Below, in pieces: positions 1 through 10,163 of a stretch of DNA of 64,000 nt. This stretch comes from Cyanidioschyzon merolae. Lineage: Eukaryota. Made by a program: the position numbers and the translations under genes. Under the pieces are notes generated by a model, which was given only the letters and a program-made list of their open reading frames with translations, searched no databases and was not told the DNA's origin. The DNA lies in assembly GCA_000091205.1 (NCBI GenBank), contig AP006488.2; one strand, given 5' to 3'. Within the stretch, counting starts at the first letter, position 1. The number at the start of each line of letters is the position of its first letter.

Positions 1-1967
1 GTTGCACGTGGAGCTTTTGACGTACCCCGTTCACGCTTAGATGCTTGTCCTATCTGGGCGCTCGCATCCGCGTCTTTTGCGTATGTACGAGGGCGAGCGC
101 TATGCGGAATGTCGTGCTCAGCAGCAAACGCAAGTCCAATATGCATGAGCAGGGTCACAGCCGAACGTCTCCGCGCAATTTGCTCTAAAACAATATCCAT
201 TAATCGGTAAAAGATAGCCATACCAGCTTCAGGGTTCGCCAACATCGCCGTGACTACCTCGTCAGCGAGCTCCGCTTCGATCTCTTGCACTACCGAGAGC
301 CCTGGGCCGGCGTACGCATCACCAGCAACATCGGAGCCGCCACCGACGCGAGGTTCGTAGATGCGGTTGCGCTGATCACCACTAGCACCACTACCGGGAT
401 CGCCAGCACCGCCCCTGAAGGCGTCGTCGTCGATGTCATCATCGCCGGTCGGTAGCGTCTGAGCTACCTCTACGAAAAGGTCAAGTCTTCGGTACACGTC
501 CGGCTCTGTCTCCTCGAGGAGCAACCACAAACGCTGAAGAATCTCGTAACGGTGCAGTGCTTCCCGCACGCTCTGTAGGTAGGATACCAACTCCTTGCAG
601 AATCGCTGAAGCGACGCTGCAGTGCCTATCGCAAACAGGAGACTCAAGGCGCGTCGCTGAATGGTCGGGTCCGCATCACGAAGGCACTCGAAAATCGTCT
701 CCTGGTGGGCGGCAACACTCGCCATGCTCCGCTCTGCAGCCTGTGGGAGCAGTTCTAGCGCAACAAGGCGCAAGTTCGGGTCACGGCTACGTAGAAAGTC
801 ACCGAGTATCTGAATCGCGAAAGCCAGGTTTCTCGAAGGCGAGCTCTCTAGCGCCAAAATCGTGCGAACACATTCGAGGACAACTCCATGAGAGCGTTCA
901 CTTGAGCGCGCAACATCGATAAGTGTTCGGTGAAGCTCCTCTGTCGCCGCCGAATCGTGCTGCCCCAGTCGTCGAAGCATCTTCAAGATGCTGCACTGGA
1001 GAAATGGATCGCAGACACCCTGGAATCCGTATTCTGGATTGAAGCCAGCTGTTGCGGTTTCTCGAAGCTGCTGCACCAACAATGCCTGATACTCGTTGGC
1101 TAGCATCCCATACAGGGCACCCGGCGCTACCGTCAGCAGCTCCTCGAGCAGCGCCAGACCGCTAATCAAGACACCGTGGTGGTGTGGCATCTTCAACAGC
1201 TCCAGGGCGGCAGCTCGAAACGAGTCCGCTGGTTCTGGAGTACGTCGACATAAACGGAGCGCCGCAAGCGCTGCTTTCTTCCGTATAAAAGGGTTCCGCG
1301 AGTGCAGGAGACGTTCCACGTCGGGAGCGAGGTCCTGACCGATCTCCGCTGAAGCCAGGTTCGCCACTACGTGTAACGCGAGAGCCACAATCTGGTGGTT
1401 GTCGCTCTGGAGATCCTGTTTCAAAACGTTCACTACGAGAAGAAGAACTTCAGATTGTTCGTCGAGCAGTACCTGCAGCGCCATGTACCCAATGCGTTTG
1501 TCTTTGAACTTGGGACTGGCACAGAGTTTGACGCACTCCATGATACCGAAATCGACACCATAGCCATTTAGGTAGAAAAACACGAGTTTTGCAACGTTGC
1601 GTCGGCGGAAGTAACGATCTTCTTGTCGAGATAGGTCCCGAATCTGAGCGAGCTGCTTTTTGACAAACTCGCGCTCCGCCGAGGCAGTCCTTTGCTTCCG
1701 AAACAGCTTTACAGTGTCCCGTAACGCATACACGATGTACTGCTTTTTGGCCGTAGAGATGGCGTTCTTAGCGCTCCGAACGGCCTTATCGAGCTCCTTC
1801 TGCATTTGATGAACCACTCCCAAGAGTCTTCGCTTCAAGTCCGGTCTGTGGTGCTGCGGAGCGCAGGTCGTGAAACGGCGATACGCAGCGGCAACCGGGT
1901 CGCGTTCAAGTGCGCATGAATGCGAAAGAGGACGGTGACGCCTCATCGATGGGCAGAGACAACCCAT
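1..1967 (-). CDS. AP complex large subunit (gamma/alpha/epsilon-type adaptin), N-terminal ~650 aa; the C-terminal part lies beyond the window start
   Basis: My own translation of the minus strand gives an uninterrupted frame from ~1967 to position 1, with no stop. It contains adaptin N-terminal signatures: NVAKLVFFYLNGYGVDFGIMECVKLCASPKFKDKRIGYMALQVLLDE, then DLQSDNHQIVALALHVVANLASAEIGQDLAPDVERLL...RNPFIRKKAALAALRL, HHGVLISGLALLEEL and DPFLQCSILKMLRRLG. The frame is absent from the ORF track because it runs off the edge. The + ORFs 557..922 and 1096..1338 are its antisense shadows. Start Met is ambiguous among complement ATGs at 1965-67, 1944-46 and 1803-05. Confidence 0.7.
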   Translation of the reverse strand, partial: MGCLCPSMRRHRPLSHSCALERDPVAAAYRRFTTCAPQHHRPDLKRRLLGVVHQMQKELDKAVRSAKNAISTAKKQYIVYALRDTVKLFRKQRTASAEREFVKKQLAQIRDLSRQEDRYFRRRNVAKLVFFYLNGYGVDFGIMECVKLCASPKFKDKRIGYMALQVLLDEQSEVLLLVVNVLKQDLQSDNHQIVALALHVVANLASAEIGQDLAPDVERLLHSRNPFIRKKAALAALRLCRRTPEPADSFRAAALELLKMPHHHGVLISGLALLEELLTVAPGALYGMLANEYQALLVQQLRETATAGFNPEYGFQGVCDPFLQCSILKMLRRLGQHDSAATEELHRTLIDVARSSERSHGVVLECVRTILALESSPSRNLAFAIQILGDFLRSRDPNLRLVALELLPQAAERSMASVAAHQETIFECLRDADPTIQRRALSLLFAIGTAASLQRFCKELVSYLQSVREALHRYEILQRLWLLLEETEPDVYRRLDLFVEVAQTLPTGDDDIDDDAFRGGAGDPGSGASGDQRNRIYEPRVGGGSDVAGDAYAGPGLSVVQEIEAELADEVVTAMLANPEAGMAIFYRLMDIVLEQIARRRSAVTLLMHIGLAFAAEHDIPHSARPRTYAKDADASAQIGQASKRERGTSKAPRA

Positions 1968-2455
1968 CCGATTCTCCTCAGCTCATGTTTCGCATGCTGC
2001 AAGTCAGGTTGGGTGAACAGCTTATGCGTCTAGCAGTTTGTTCCAGTTTGCAGCTTCGATGGTAATGCATGCTTCAAGAAGCTTGTAGAGCTTGCGACTT
2101 TCAGGGGTTGTCTTTCGAATACTGCAAGTCTGGCTGGACAAACCGTATAACCGTCGATCTGGTGTTCCAGTGCATGGTCTCGAATGTCATACGTGCTTCA
2201 AGGAGGCTAGAGTACGGTCGGGAAATTGGTTCAGGACACCTTTATCCTGCAAACTTTTGCGTACAAAGCGCACGCCATAGACGCGATTGCGCCGTATCAG
2301 GCGATGCTTGCTGGCGTATCCTGCTGGTAAACCTACAAGAGATATCGGCTGCAAACGAATCCTGGACCTGAGCAGACATCGAGAAACAGTCATTGCTTCC
2401 GCAGCTTGGGAGAGTACCAACGATGGTATTGGGCCACCTTAGACGGAAGTTTTCG

Positions 2456-2950
2456 CTATTTCAGGCCAGGGATCAGCAAAGCACTGTTCCTCATCGAATT
2501 CAGGGACGCATGTCGCTCGTACATAGCCTCGTAGCACGACGAGTAGCGTACGCGACGCCAGGCAAAGAGCCGGCAACATGCGCCTGCGCACTGGAACGAC
2601 TCGCGATGAAGCTCACCAACTCCATTGTGTGTGTGTGTGTGTGTACGCTCCGTTGCATGCTCCTGCACGGTTTCAACGAGGCCGACGATATCGACAGCGG
2701 AGAGCGCTGTCGCGAACCTGCCGGCAAGCTCCTTACCCGTCAAGTTACCCGCGATCCTCAAAAGCATTCTGTTTGCTTCCTCCTCGGTAAACAGCGGAGG
2801 CAGAGCAAGATGCTTCCAACCCAGCAGCTCTACATCGAAACTGTGACTGCGCTGACGAAGAACCCTCCATGACTCGTCGATAGCAATCCGGAGGCCAGAG
2901 TCCCGGGCTCTCCCGCCGGACGATAAACAGAAACAATTTTTGCGAAACAC
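2456..2950 (-). CDS. hypothetical small protein (164 aa), contains a (TH)n stretch from the (GT)n microsatellite
   Basis: ORF directly downstream of SmD1 on the same strand. The translation looks helical and protein-like (EEEANRMLLRIAGNLTGKELAGRFATALSAVDIVGLVETVQE), but I see no recognisable family. The opposite-strand ORF 2393..2872 looks like a shadow. Confidence 0.2.
   Translation of the reverse strand: MFRKNCFCLSSGGRARDSGLRIAIDESWRVLRQRSHSFDVELLGWKHLALPPLFTEEEANRMLLRIAGNLTGKELAGRFATALSAVDIVGLVETVQEHATERTHTHTHNGVGELHRESFQCAGACCRLFAWRRVRYSSCYEAMYERHASLNSMRNSALLIPGLK
2627..2644. repeat. (GT)9 microsatellite
   Basis: gtgtgtgtgtgtgtgtgt read directly from the sequence. Confidence 0.9.
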
Positions 2951-2960
2951 CCCGGCACAG

Positions 2961-3365
2961 TCAGTGTCTCTCTTTCTGATATCGTGTTCTGGGGCTGAAC
3001 TTGCGCGTTTCTTTCAAAGCGCTCTCCAGGTTCAATGACTCGGGCAGAATGATATATCGAACCGTAGATCCCCGGATTCGATATTCTCTCGCCTTTTGCT
3101 GAGGTTGATTCCGACGACTCATAGCTGAGGCATCCGGTTCACTGAATCGCTCGGTCCAAGGGGCGACGACCTGGGCCGCGTGCGTCTCCAGAGAAGCAGA
3201 GGGGAGCTCGGCTGGAGGTTTTCCAGTAACGGAAGCGTTCAGCAGGTAAACGTTCATCTCATTATCCACTCGCTGTACAGTTCCCGTGGCCTTCGTCCCA
3301 TCTTTCAGCTCAACAGTAACAGTGGCACCTCGAAGGCGAGTTAGGAAATAAAGCAAGGGGGTCAT
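2961..3365 (-). CDS. SMD1: small nuclear ribonucleoprotein Sm D1
   Basis: Sm fold: MTPLLYFLTRLRGATVTVELKDGTKATGTVQRVDNEMNVYLLNASV ... IRGSTVRYIILPESLNLESAL closely parallels the SmD1 consensus (FLMKL..ETVTIELKNGT..G.I..VD..MN.HLK...IRGNNIRYFILPDSL). The track start at 3416 is a TTG, so the first ATG (MTPLL) is used. There is a ~24-aa insertion relative to canonical SmD1; see findings. Confidence 0.65.
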   Translation of the reverse strand: MTPLLYFLTRLRGATVTVELKDGTKATGTVQRVDNEMNVYLLNASVTGKPPAELPSASLETHAAQVVAPWTERFSEPDASAMSRRNQPQQKAREYRIRGSTVRYIILPESLNLESALKETRKFSPRTRYQKERH

Positions 3366-3729
3366 TTGTCGGCTCAGACGCAGGTGCGCAGGTTGCAGCC
3401 TCTCAAAACTCCCCAAAGAGCGTGACCTAGCGAAACCTGTGAGGCTGCAAGTGGCGCTCGAAACGGAAGCTCGAGAGCGCTGCAGGACCCTTTGGGACTC
3501 GGACTGGTCTCACAGAGTGCACTTGGCCTCAACCGCAGCAAACAAAATCGTTCTGTCTGTGAGAACAGCGCTTGATCAAGTTCAGCAACAGAGGGTAAAG
3601 CTCGTGCGGGCTTAACGGCAGTGCCAGCCGCTTTCGTCAACCCACTGCTGTGACAAGCAACTCTTGCAGGAGTATATGCTCAGTAAAACAAAAAAAGTTC
3701 CACAGCCATGGAGGGTACAGAAAACCCAT

Positions 3730-4200
3730 TCATAGAAATCTCCAAGCTTCTTGTGACCGGCCGGCTTCTACTGATTTTGTTTTATCCAGGCATACCTCAT
3801 GCCTGGGAGGCTGCCCCAGAAAGTTGGATTGCGTCAGCTTCGAGGGTCTCGTCTTCAGTACCGCACAGCTCCTTATATTGATGGAGGCGTTGAAGTCTCG
3901 GTTCACAAACCCCATGCTTTGATGGCCTTTGATGGAACGCTTCAGAGGAAGGATTGCCAGAACTCGTCCCCCCTGTGTCAATGTATTCTCGTCGTGGTCC
4001 CGTCGGACAAGCGCCTTATCTCGCCGATCCCCTCACTTCTTCTTCGTCTTCGTCACTGGCTCGTCTTAGCTAGATGGTCGGGGAGGAGACGATTTTTGGC
4101 TTTCTTTCGACAGCCAGCAATGGTGGCCCTGTAGGATCCCCGACTTTCATGTCCATGGCTTTCCCTTGGATTTTTTATTTCTTCAAAATGAACGCACTTC
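3730..4200 (-). mobile_element. decayed 3' portion of a Fanzor/TnpB-like (OMEGA-type RuvC nuclease) element, copy A; carries the RuvC-III fragment VNRDFNASINIRSCAVLKTRP
   Basis: Minus-strand ORF 3730..3981 encodes ...GFVNRDFNASINIRSCAVLKTRPSKLTQSNF, the TnpB/Fanzor RuvC-III (D)RD.NAA.NI hallmark. Upstream frames are broken. Roughly 450 bp (3735-4200) is homologous to 12795-13255 (copy B), and the 3' part is ~75% identical at the nucleotide level to 51930-52020 (copy C). An 8-bp-stem hairpin ccaggcat-acctc-atgcctgg lies at 3786-3806. Confidence 0.55.
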
Positions 4201-4275
4201 TTTATGCCCTAATGTGAGGACGTTTCCGACGCGATTAGGACTTGCGGAAGGCAGAGAACATGTGCTCCGGGTGAG

Positions 4276-4917
4276 TCACCGTTTGCTGAATGCATCAGTG
4301 ATTCGTCCAGTGGAGCGATCATTGCGTGCAACGACGGAAAACCCGCCTTCGATGGGGCTCAACCACGGAGAGCGCGGAGGAATGAAAAGCAGCTCGACAC
4401 CAATAGCATCAGCAACAGCTCCAAAGTAACAGGAGTGGTCAAATGCTATGTTGTCCAACAGAATGAAGTCGCCAGGCATCAGGGGGCAAGTCTTTGATGA
4501 TTCGACAAAGTGGTTGGAGCAGTTGGATAGGCGTTCTCTGCCTGCGAAACTGAGGTCGCCGAATATATCCTCAAAAGCTTGAATAAAAGTATGATATCCT
4601 CGTTCTACTCGAGTTCCATCGTACGTACAACGGGTTTCCTAATCCGCGAATATCCATATACGTTCCGATCGGTTCTCCCGATGGAATTCTTATCAACTGA
4701 AAAAAAACAAACCGACGCCCCTCTGCTTCATACTGATAGTGACGTTCCAAGAACTTTGTTGTCTTTGAGCTTTCAGTAGAAGACGGCCGTGCGTGAAAAC
4801 GGTAATATTTTTGCGACGATATCCAAGTGTTTTCAGAGCCGAACGAACAAGCTTTTGAGAAACAGAAATGCCAGTGGTGGCTACTACCGTCGCTTTTGCT
4901 CTCCGTAAGGTGATCAA
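4276..4917 (-). pseudogene. Tc1/mariner (IS630-Tc1-type) DDE transposase remnant
   Basis: ORF 4276..4479(-) reads FILLDNIAFDHS...GVELLFIPPRSPWLSPIEGGFS. This matches the DDE_3 second-D region (DN..H) and the LPPYSPDLNPIE hallmark, with the third catalytic D replaced by W. ORF 4693..4917(-), ISVSQKLVRSALKTLGYRRK...RLLLKAQRQ, resembles the N-terminal HTH / 'R..fA..h' region. The frames are interrupted and total length is too short for an intact transposase. Confidence 0.5.
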
Positions 4918-6883
4918 CCAGTCTCTTTTTTACGATTTACTGCGAGCAGTCTCTGAAAATATTGGTAGCTGGAATAGAGCACAAGTACTTGTTTCTTTCA
5001 GTGTGCCTCAACCATGTCATTCCAGTTGTGTTGCTGACCTGAGGGACGAATGCAATCCCCCTCGCATTTTTCACTAAAGAATATATCCTATATTCAATTC
5101 ATCTGTGACCTCTACGGTACATTGAATGGTCATTTCGATCTCCTGCTCTACACCGAATAGGGGGTGAATCAAAATTGAGTTGAAAAACGATCATCATGGC
5201 GCATACATTGTTTCGCGATTGTGCGTTGGATTCCATGCCTGCACACGGAAACGTACATGTCACTGAACTTTTTGGACCCAGGATCTCCAGGTTCAGTCCT
5301 GAGCGCTGTCGGCAGAACGCCGCGAACACCAGCTGTGCGACTCCTTCGGCTGGTGCGGCGACCAGTTGATGATTTTTCTTTGGGCTGCAGGACGGATGGG
5401 TCGAAGCTGACGCTGCAGCGAACCAGCATTCTCGGGTACATCCCGTTGGCAGGCCCTGGCATCATCCACGCGTTCCATTTCTTGAAGCGAGGGGATCGAT
5501 GACTCCGAGCCGAGGCTCCTGGGATGCAGGGGAAGCATTGGTGATGCTTCCGCTTTCACTGCACATGATCGATATGCCAGCGAAATGATAAGCACGTCCA
5601 TGAAACTGCTCTGAAGCACTGATATGAACGAAGGTCGCCTCCTATTCTGAAAGGATAAAAACTTTGAAATTTTTGCGCACCGCTATGTGTACAATTCGAG
5701 TCCCTTGCTCGCTACTCGTTGTACGAACGGGACGCGGTTTGCAGCGTAGGTCTGGAGCCTGCATGAATATCAACGCGTCATGATAGCGCGTCCACGCGGA
5801 GACTTAGCCGAATACCAATCCAGGTTTTGAGATCTGGATATCCTTCGATATATATGGTAACCATATGAACTGTGCGATCCGTGGCATCGGGTCGCGAAAA
5901 ATAAATCAATCGAAAAAGAGCCCCGTGGCTACTTCTGGAATGTATCTACGCACGGTCGCTTCGTTTCAGCAGCCACGTTTTCTCGCAACGAGCACAAGTT
6001 CCAGCTTGCACGCCTCAGCTGCGTTCGACTCAGCGCTCTCTGGGAAGCACACACTCGCGTTTTTCGCACGGTCTGCAAGACCCCGAGGCATCCGCGGAAC
6101 CCTGCGGCGTCCGCGAGTGCTCACAGGCGCTCTGAGCTCGGAAGAGCGGATCGTATCCCGGTGAAGAAGATGCCTGCTTCAGGCACGGAACCAAAATTGA
6201 TATTGTGGAGATGATTCCCGCACAAGAAGCACAGCCACTCATGCTGAATGCCCGACAACGGGCGGGGATCATGGAATACGATGCATGTTGACCGTGGACG
6301 AGCGGTTGAACGTAACGCGCCCTTGTGTGCTCCCAGCCGTGAACCCGTCATCGCTCACGTATCGGTATCGATTTCCATAGGTTCCCCGCATAGCCACCGA
6401 ATGCGATCCACTAAACCATTTCATATATCCGAAATGTAGGTCGTCTCGGGTGGCTGAATTCCTTGCGAGCACGGACACGGCACATACAGCATGCACCAAT
6501 ACAACGTTTATGATGCCTGCCCCCTCGAAGACACATAGGAAAGCACATGCTGCACCCTTCAATATAACATGCGTCCTGTTTGCTTCCTCGCAGAGTCAAG
6601 CAGAGCTCATACTGCACGCACCTTCGCGATGTATTCGACGCCAGCGAAAGTTAAGCGTTCGGGCCGTGCCAAACAAGACCAGCAAAGTCATCGCTGCGAG
6701 CAATTTCATAGTGCATTGATGATTACATTTATCATGATGATTCTAAAGAGCGATACACTTGGTACTGCCGCCGATCCGACTCGAGAAATTTCACCCGCCA
6801 CTACAATAGATATTGATCCACAGAGTACATCCTCCAGGAATGCCCGCTAAAGTGCGCAAGTACATGCATCCGAGCTAGCGTCA

Positions 6884-8188
6884 TCACTGCCCATCCCAGT
6901 CGTGCAGCTCCGGTGGGAGCGGCCGATCGACCTCGCTGATCTTTACCGGCATGCCGGTCTGGTAGCTTTGCCGAGCAGCCATGGCAATGACTACCGGCGC
7001 TCGGCCGTCGAAACCGGTGCACTGAATGGGTGTCCCATCGAGCAATGAGCTGCAAAAGGCATCCATTTCCCGAATGAACGAGTCCGTATATCGCTCCATA
7101 AAAAAATGCATAGGCAAGTCGCGCTGAATATGGTGAGCGGTGCTGACAATCGCTGTGTTCGGATAGCTGTTGTTGATAGAAATCGACCCAGCACTACCGA
7201 ACACCTCGCAGCGCTGATCGTATCCGTAGACTGCACTGCGGGAGTTGTCGATCGTGCCGATCGTACGGTTCCGAAACTTCAACATTACCACAGACGTGTC
7301 GACGTCTCCGTACTGAGCAATCTCAGGTGATATGCGGACAGCTCCATACGCGAAGACCTCGTCGACTTCATTGCCAATAAGAAAGCGAGCCATATCAAAA
7401 TCGTGGATTGCGCAGTCCATCCAGATTCCCCCTGAGGTTGCGGAGTAGTGGGCCGGTGGTGGCTCCGGATCACGGCTCACGATGTGGAAAATATGGGTTT
7501 CGCCGATCTCACCGGTCTCGATCGCTTTGCGAACTCGCATGTAGTTGGTATCGAAACGACGATTGAAGCCGACCTGAAGCTTGACGCCAGCCTTGCGGAC
7601 TGCGGTAAGGGCCTCGTCGATCCTGCCCAAATCGATGTCGATCGGTTTCTCGACGAAAATGTGTTTTCCTGCCTGAGCTGCCTCAATCATCTGCCGCGTA
7701 TGCTGCGTACTTGCTGAGCAAATGCATACTGCGTCCACATTCGGGTCGTCCAGGAGCTGGTGATAGTCAAAGTAGGGTTTGCAGCCAGCGGCCAGGGAGC
7801 AGCGCTCCGCGAGCTCCCGGGTGCCGGAGGCCACCCCGCACAAGTTGGCGCGTCGAAGTCTGAAAGCGATGTTCTCAGCGTGGACTTGGCCGATCCGCCC
7901 CGCACCGATGACCGCTACATTCACCTTATCACGAGCAACCACACCTTTCTTAGCGGAAGGTCCAGACGCGGGCGAAGCTGACGCTGGAGCAGGCGACGCC
8001 GACTGCGAGCGCAGCCCGCGCAGTGCCGAACAACCGGAGCGGCGCCGCGGAAACGCTCTCGTCCTCGAACGAAACACATAGCGGTTGTTTTCTCCCGTAA
8101 ACCTCAAGCAAAATCCTGCACATTGAGAGTTGCAGTCGTCCCTGGGAACAATATTCAACGAAACAAACGCCATGAGTACAGAGTTCAT
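6884..8188 (-). CDS. Gfo/Idh/MocA-family NAD(P)-dependent oxidoreductase (myo-inositol 2-dehydrogenase-like), with an ~90-aa Ser/Ala/Pro/Arg-rich N-terminal extension
   Basis: Rossmann N-terminus VNVAVIGAGRIGQVHAENIAF, then the characteristic HIFVEKP and FNRRFD motifs and a C-terminal dimerisation-domain pattern. Start codon uncertain: the extension RSRTRAFPRRRSGCSALRGLRSQSASPAPASASPASGPS could be a targeting peptide or spurious. Confidence 0.75.
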   Translation of the reverse strand: MNSVLMAFVSLNIVPRDDCNSQCAGFCLRFTGENNRYVFRSRTRAFPRRRSGCSALRGLRSQSASPAPASASPASGPSAKKGVVARDKVNVAVIGAGRIGQVHAENIAFRLRRANLCGVASGTRELAERCSLAAGCKPYFDYHQLLDDPNVDAVCICSASTQHTRQMIEAAQAGKHIFVEKPIDIDLGRIDEALTAVRKAGVKLQVGFNRRFDTNYMRVRKAIETGEIGETHIFHIVSRDPEPPPAHYSATSGGIWMDCAIHDFDMARFLIGNEVDEVFAYGAVRISPEIAQYGDVDTSVVMLKFRNRTIGTIDNSRSAVYGYDQRCEVFGSAGSISINNSYPNTAIVSTAHHIQRDLPMHFFMERYTDSFIREMDAFCSSLLDGTPIQCTGFDGRAPVVIAMAARQSYQTGMPVKISEVDRPLPPELHDWDGQ

Positions 8189-9599
8189 GCCTTCGTCGCA
8201 ACTGCGTTCCAGCGCTTGAACGAAATCCGTTGCGCGTGCAGCTGAGACGACGTAGACGCCTTCATCGCCGTGACACCGTCGATTTCGCGGAAGGCGATGT
8301 CGGGGCTGGTGCGTTTTTTCCCATCATGCTCGATACGGAACGATGCAAATCAGAGTTCTATGGAAAATGGATGCTGAGCGGGCGGTTTTTAGTCTGTTGA
8401 ACAAATATTTGGTTCCCAGGAATTTCTGTCGAAGAGAGATATTCCTCTGGTAACCGTGACGCTGGTGGAATCGAAACGCGCAGCAGTCGGTTGTTGCAGG
8501 TAGATGGCGTACAACTGTCGTTCAGGTAATTGTACGCCATGGAGATGCAGGAGAGAAACGTGCATGACGTATTCATGCGTGCATACAGCAGTAGAGACCT
8601 TTCGCTCTTCGGGATAACGGTTTGGAATCGCGTCTACGGGGCCTCGGCGGGCGTTGGACAGGCATCTGCTCCGAGTTCTTGGGTGTCCCAGCGTGCATAC
8701 GATTCTGGAAAAAGCTGGCAACATTCAAGACTTTTGGAATTTTGAGAGGCGGATTCTCAAGTTTTCGTTTATGCGCGACGCGAGCATGAAATGCAGCACG
8801 CATCAGAGCTTTGGCTTCGTCTTTGGGCGCAGTGCATCGGACGCGGCATTCTTCAGAATGCTTGGTTTCGGGGGATTTTCGAGTCAAAAACGGAACCTGA
8901 TGGAGCACCGTGTCGCGCATGATGCGAACAAGGTCGCAGATCCGGGCAGCATATGACGGGCAGAGAACAATTTTCATTATGAGGACCAACACCTTAGAGC
9001 AAGCATCCTTCCCATGCGGAAATGATCCAGGGATATAAGGAAGTGCAGTGCGCCGTTCGGGCGTGACTTGTGGGATTTCCTGAGGAGAAAGCGCTTCCAT
9101 GGAAACTCTAGTGGAGCAAACTTCTGTTCCTGGAGGTGGATTTACTTTAAACCTTTAGTGCCCGGCTACACCAAACCCCGGAATCAACTATATCCTAAAT
9201 CCATTTGGAGAACTGGCTTATGCAGCGTCTGGCTTCTGCCGTCACTCGACCCATAGAAAGAACAAAAGATGCCGCGATGTTCATTCCTTGCCAGGAAATC
9301 CGAGCGAGACGCCAGCGATCGACTCGTGACGCGCACGCCTCGAAAATCGGACAGCAGCGCGTACGCCGCTCAAGGCTCGAAACGTGTCCGTCAAAATATC
9401 GGAACGCTTACAGGTAGTAACGCAAGAACACAGGTACGCGAGCTTCCTAGTCTATTTCGCTGAACAACTTTGTAGACTGCAAGCAGAAGCGCTCAAAATA
9501 AAGGCTACTCGCAAGAATTGAGCGCTTGCTGGCTGAACTCGGACTGGTCTTCCGGAGCCCTGGACAAGCCGCTCTAATCGTCAAACGCCTCGAGTTTAT

Positions 9600-10163
9600 A
9601 TGGCCACGCTGCCAAAGGACCTTCCGTCGCTAGAAGAGCTATTTGTTAATTGCCTGCAGAAAAGACTTGAGGGGAGAAACTCTGCAGAACTTGAAGTCGT
9701 TGACGCTGTAGAAGAGGAGTTTACGCAACTTTACAACGCGACATATCCTGTTGCCACGCTTCGCGGAAGTTTAGCTGATTTGGAGCGTAGCTTGGACAAT
9801 GCGCGCGAGAACAGGCTCCATCTCCATCGAGAGCGTACCAGAGTAATGCTCGAAGAAATAGAATCTATGCAGAGACAGCTGGCCGCTGAAAAAGAGGTGC
9901 TGGACCGGCTCACACGGAGGCGAAACGAGCTCCTCGAACGTTGGTCGGCAGCAGCGCACCGACGGGTGCTGCAGAATGCACTGCAGGAACAGGCAGCGGC
10001 AGTTGAGGATGCCCGCCAGGCATTAATTCAGTGTCGTCGTGAATGCACTTTTGATGAAATACGAAGCTATGGGGAGAACTTTTTGCAGAAACGCACGCGA
10101 CAGCGCATGATAGAGGATATGATTGGCCGGTCTGAAGATTTTTTGACGAGGAATCACGCTTGA
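9600..10163 (+). CDS. hypothetical coiled-coil protein (187 aa)
   Basis: ATG-initiated ORF with heptad-like, E/R/L-rich sequence (LEEIESMQRQLAAEKEVLDRLTRRRNELLERW). No family recognised. Confidence 0.35.
   Translation: MATLPKDLPSLEELFVNCLQKRLEGRNSAELEVVDAVEEEFTQLYNATYPVATLRGSLADLERSLDNARENRLHLHRERTRVMLEEIESMQRQLAAEKEVLDRLTRRRNELLERWSAAAHRRVLQNALQEQAAAVEDARQALIQCRRECTFDEIRSYGENFLQKRTRQRMIEDMIGRSEDFLTRNHA

Noticed and set aside
557-1338. Plus-strand ORFs 557..922 and 1096..1338 (Ser/Arg-rich translations)
   Set aside because: They lie antisense to the long adaptin reading frame on the minus strand and have low-complexity composition. They are shadow ORFs.
2393-2872. Plus-strand 159-aa ORF overlapping the (GT)n tract
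   Set aside because: The minus-strand overlapping ORF is more protein-like. This one reads (CV)n through the microsatellite and is likely a shadow.
8389-9100. AT-richer segment with minus-strand ORFs (175 aa and 111 aa) considered as another mobile-element relic
   Set aside because: I could find no recognisable transposase, RT or nuclease motif. It is left unannotated.
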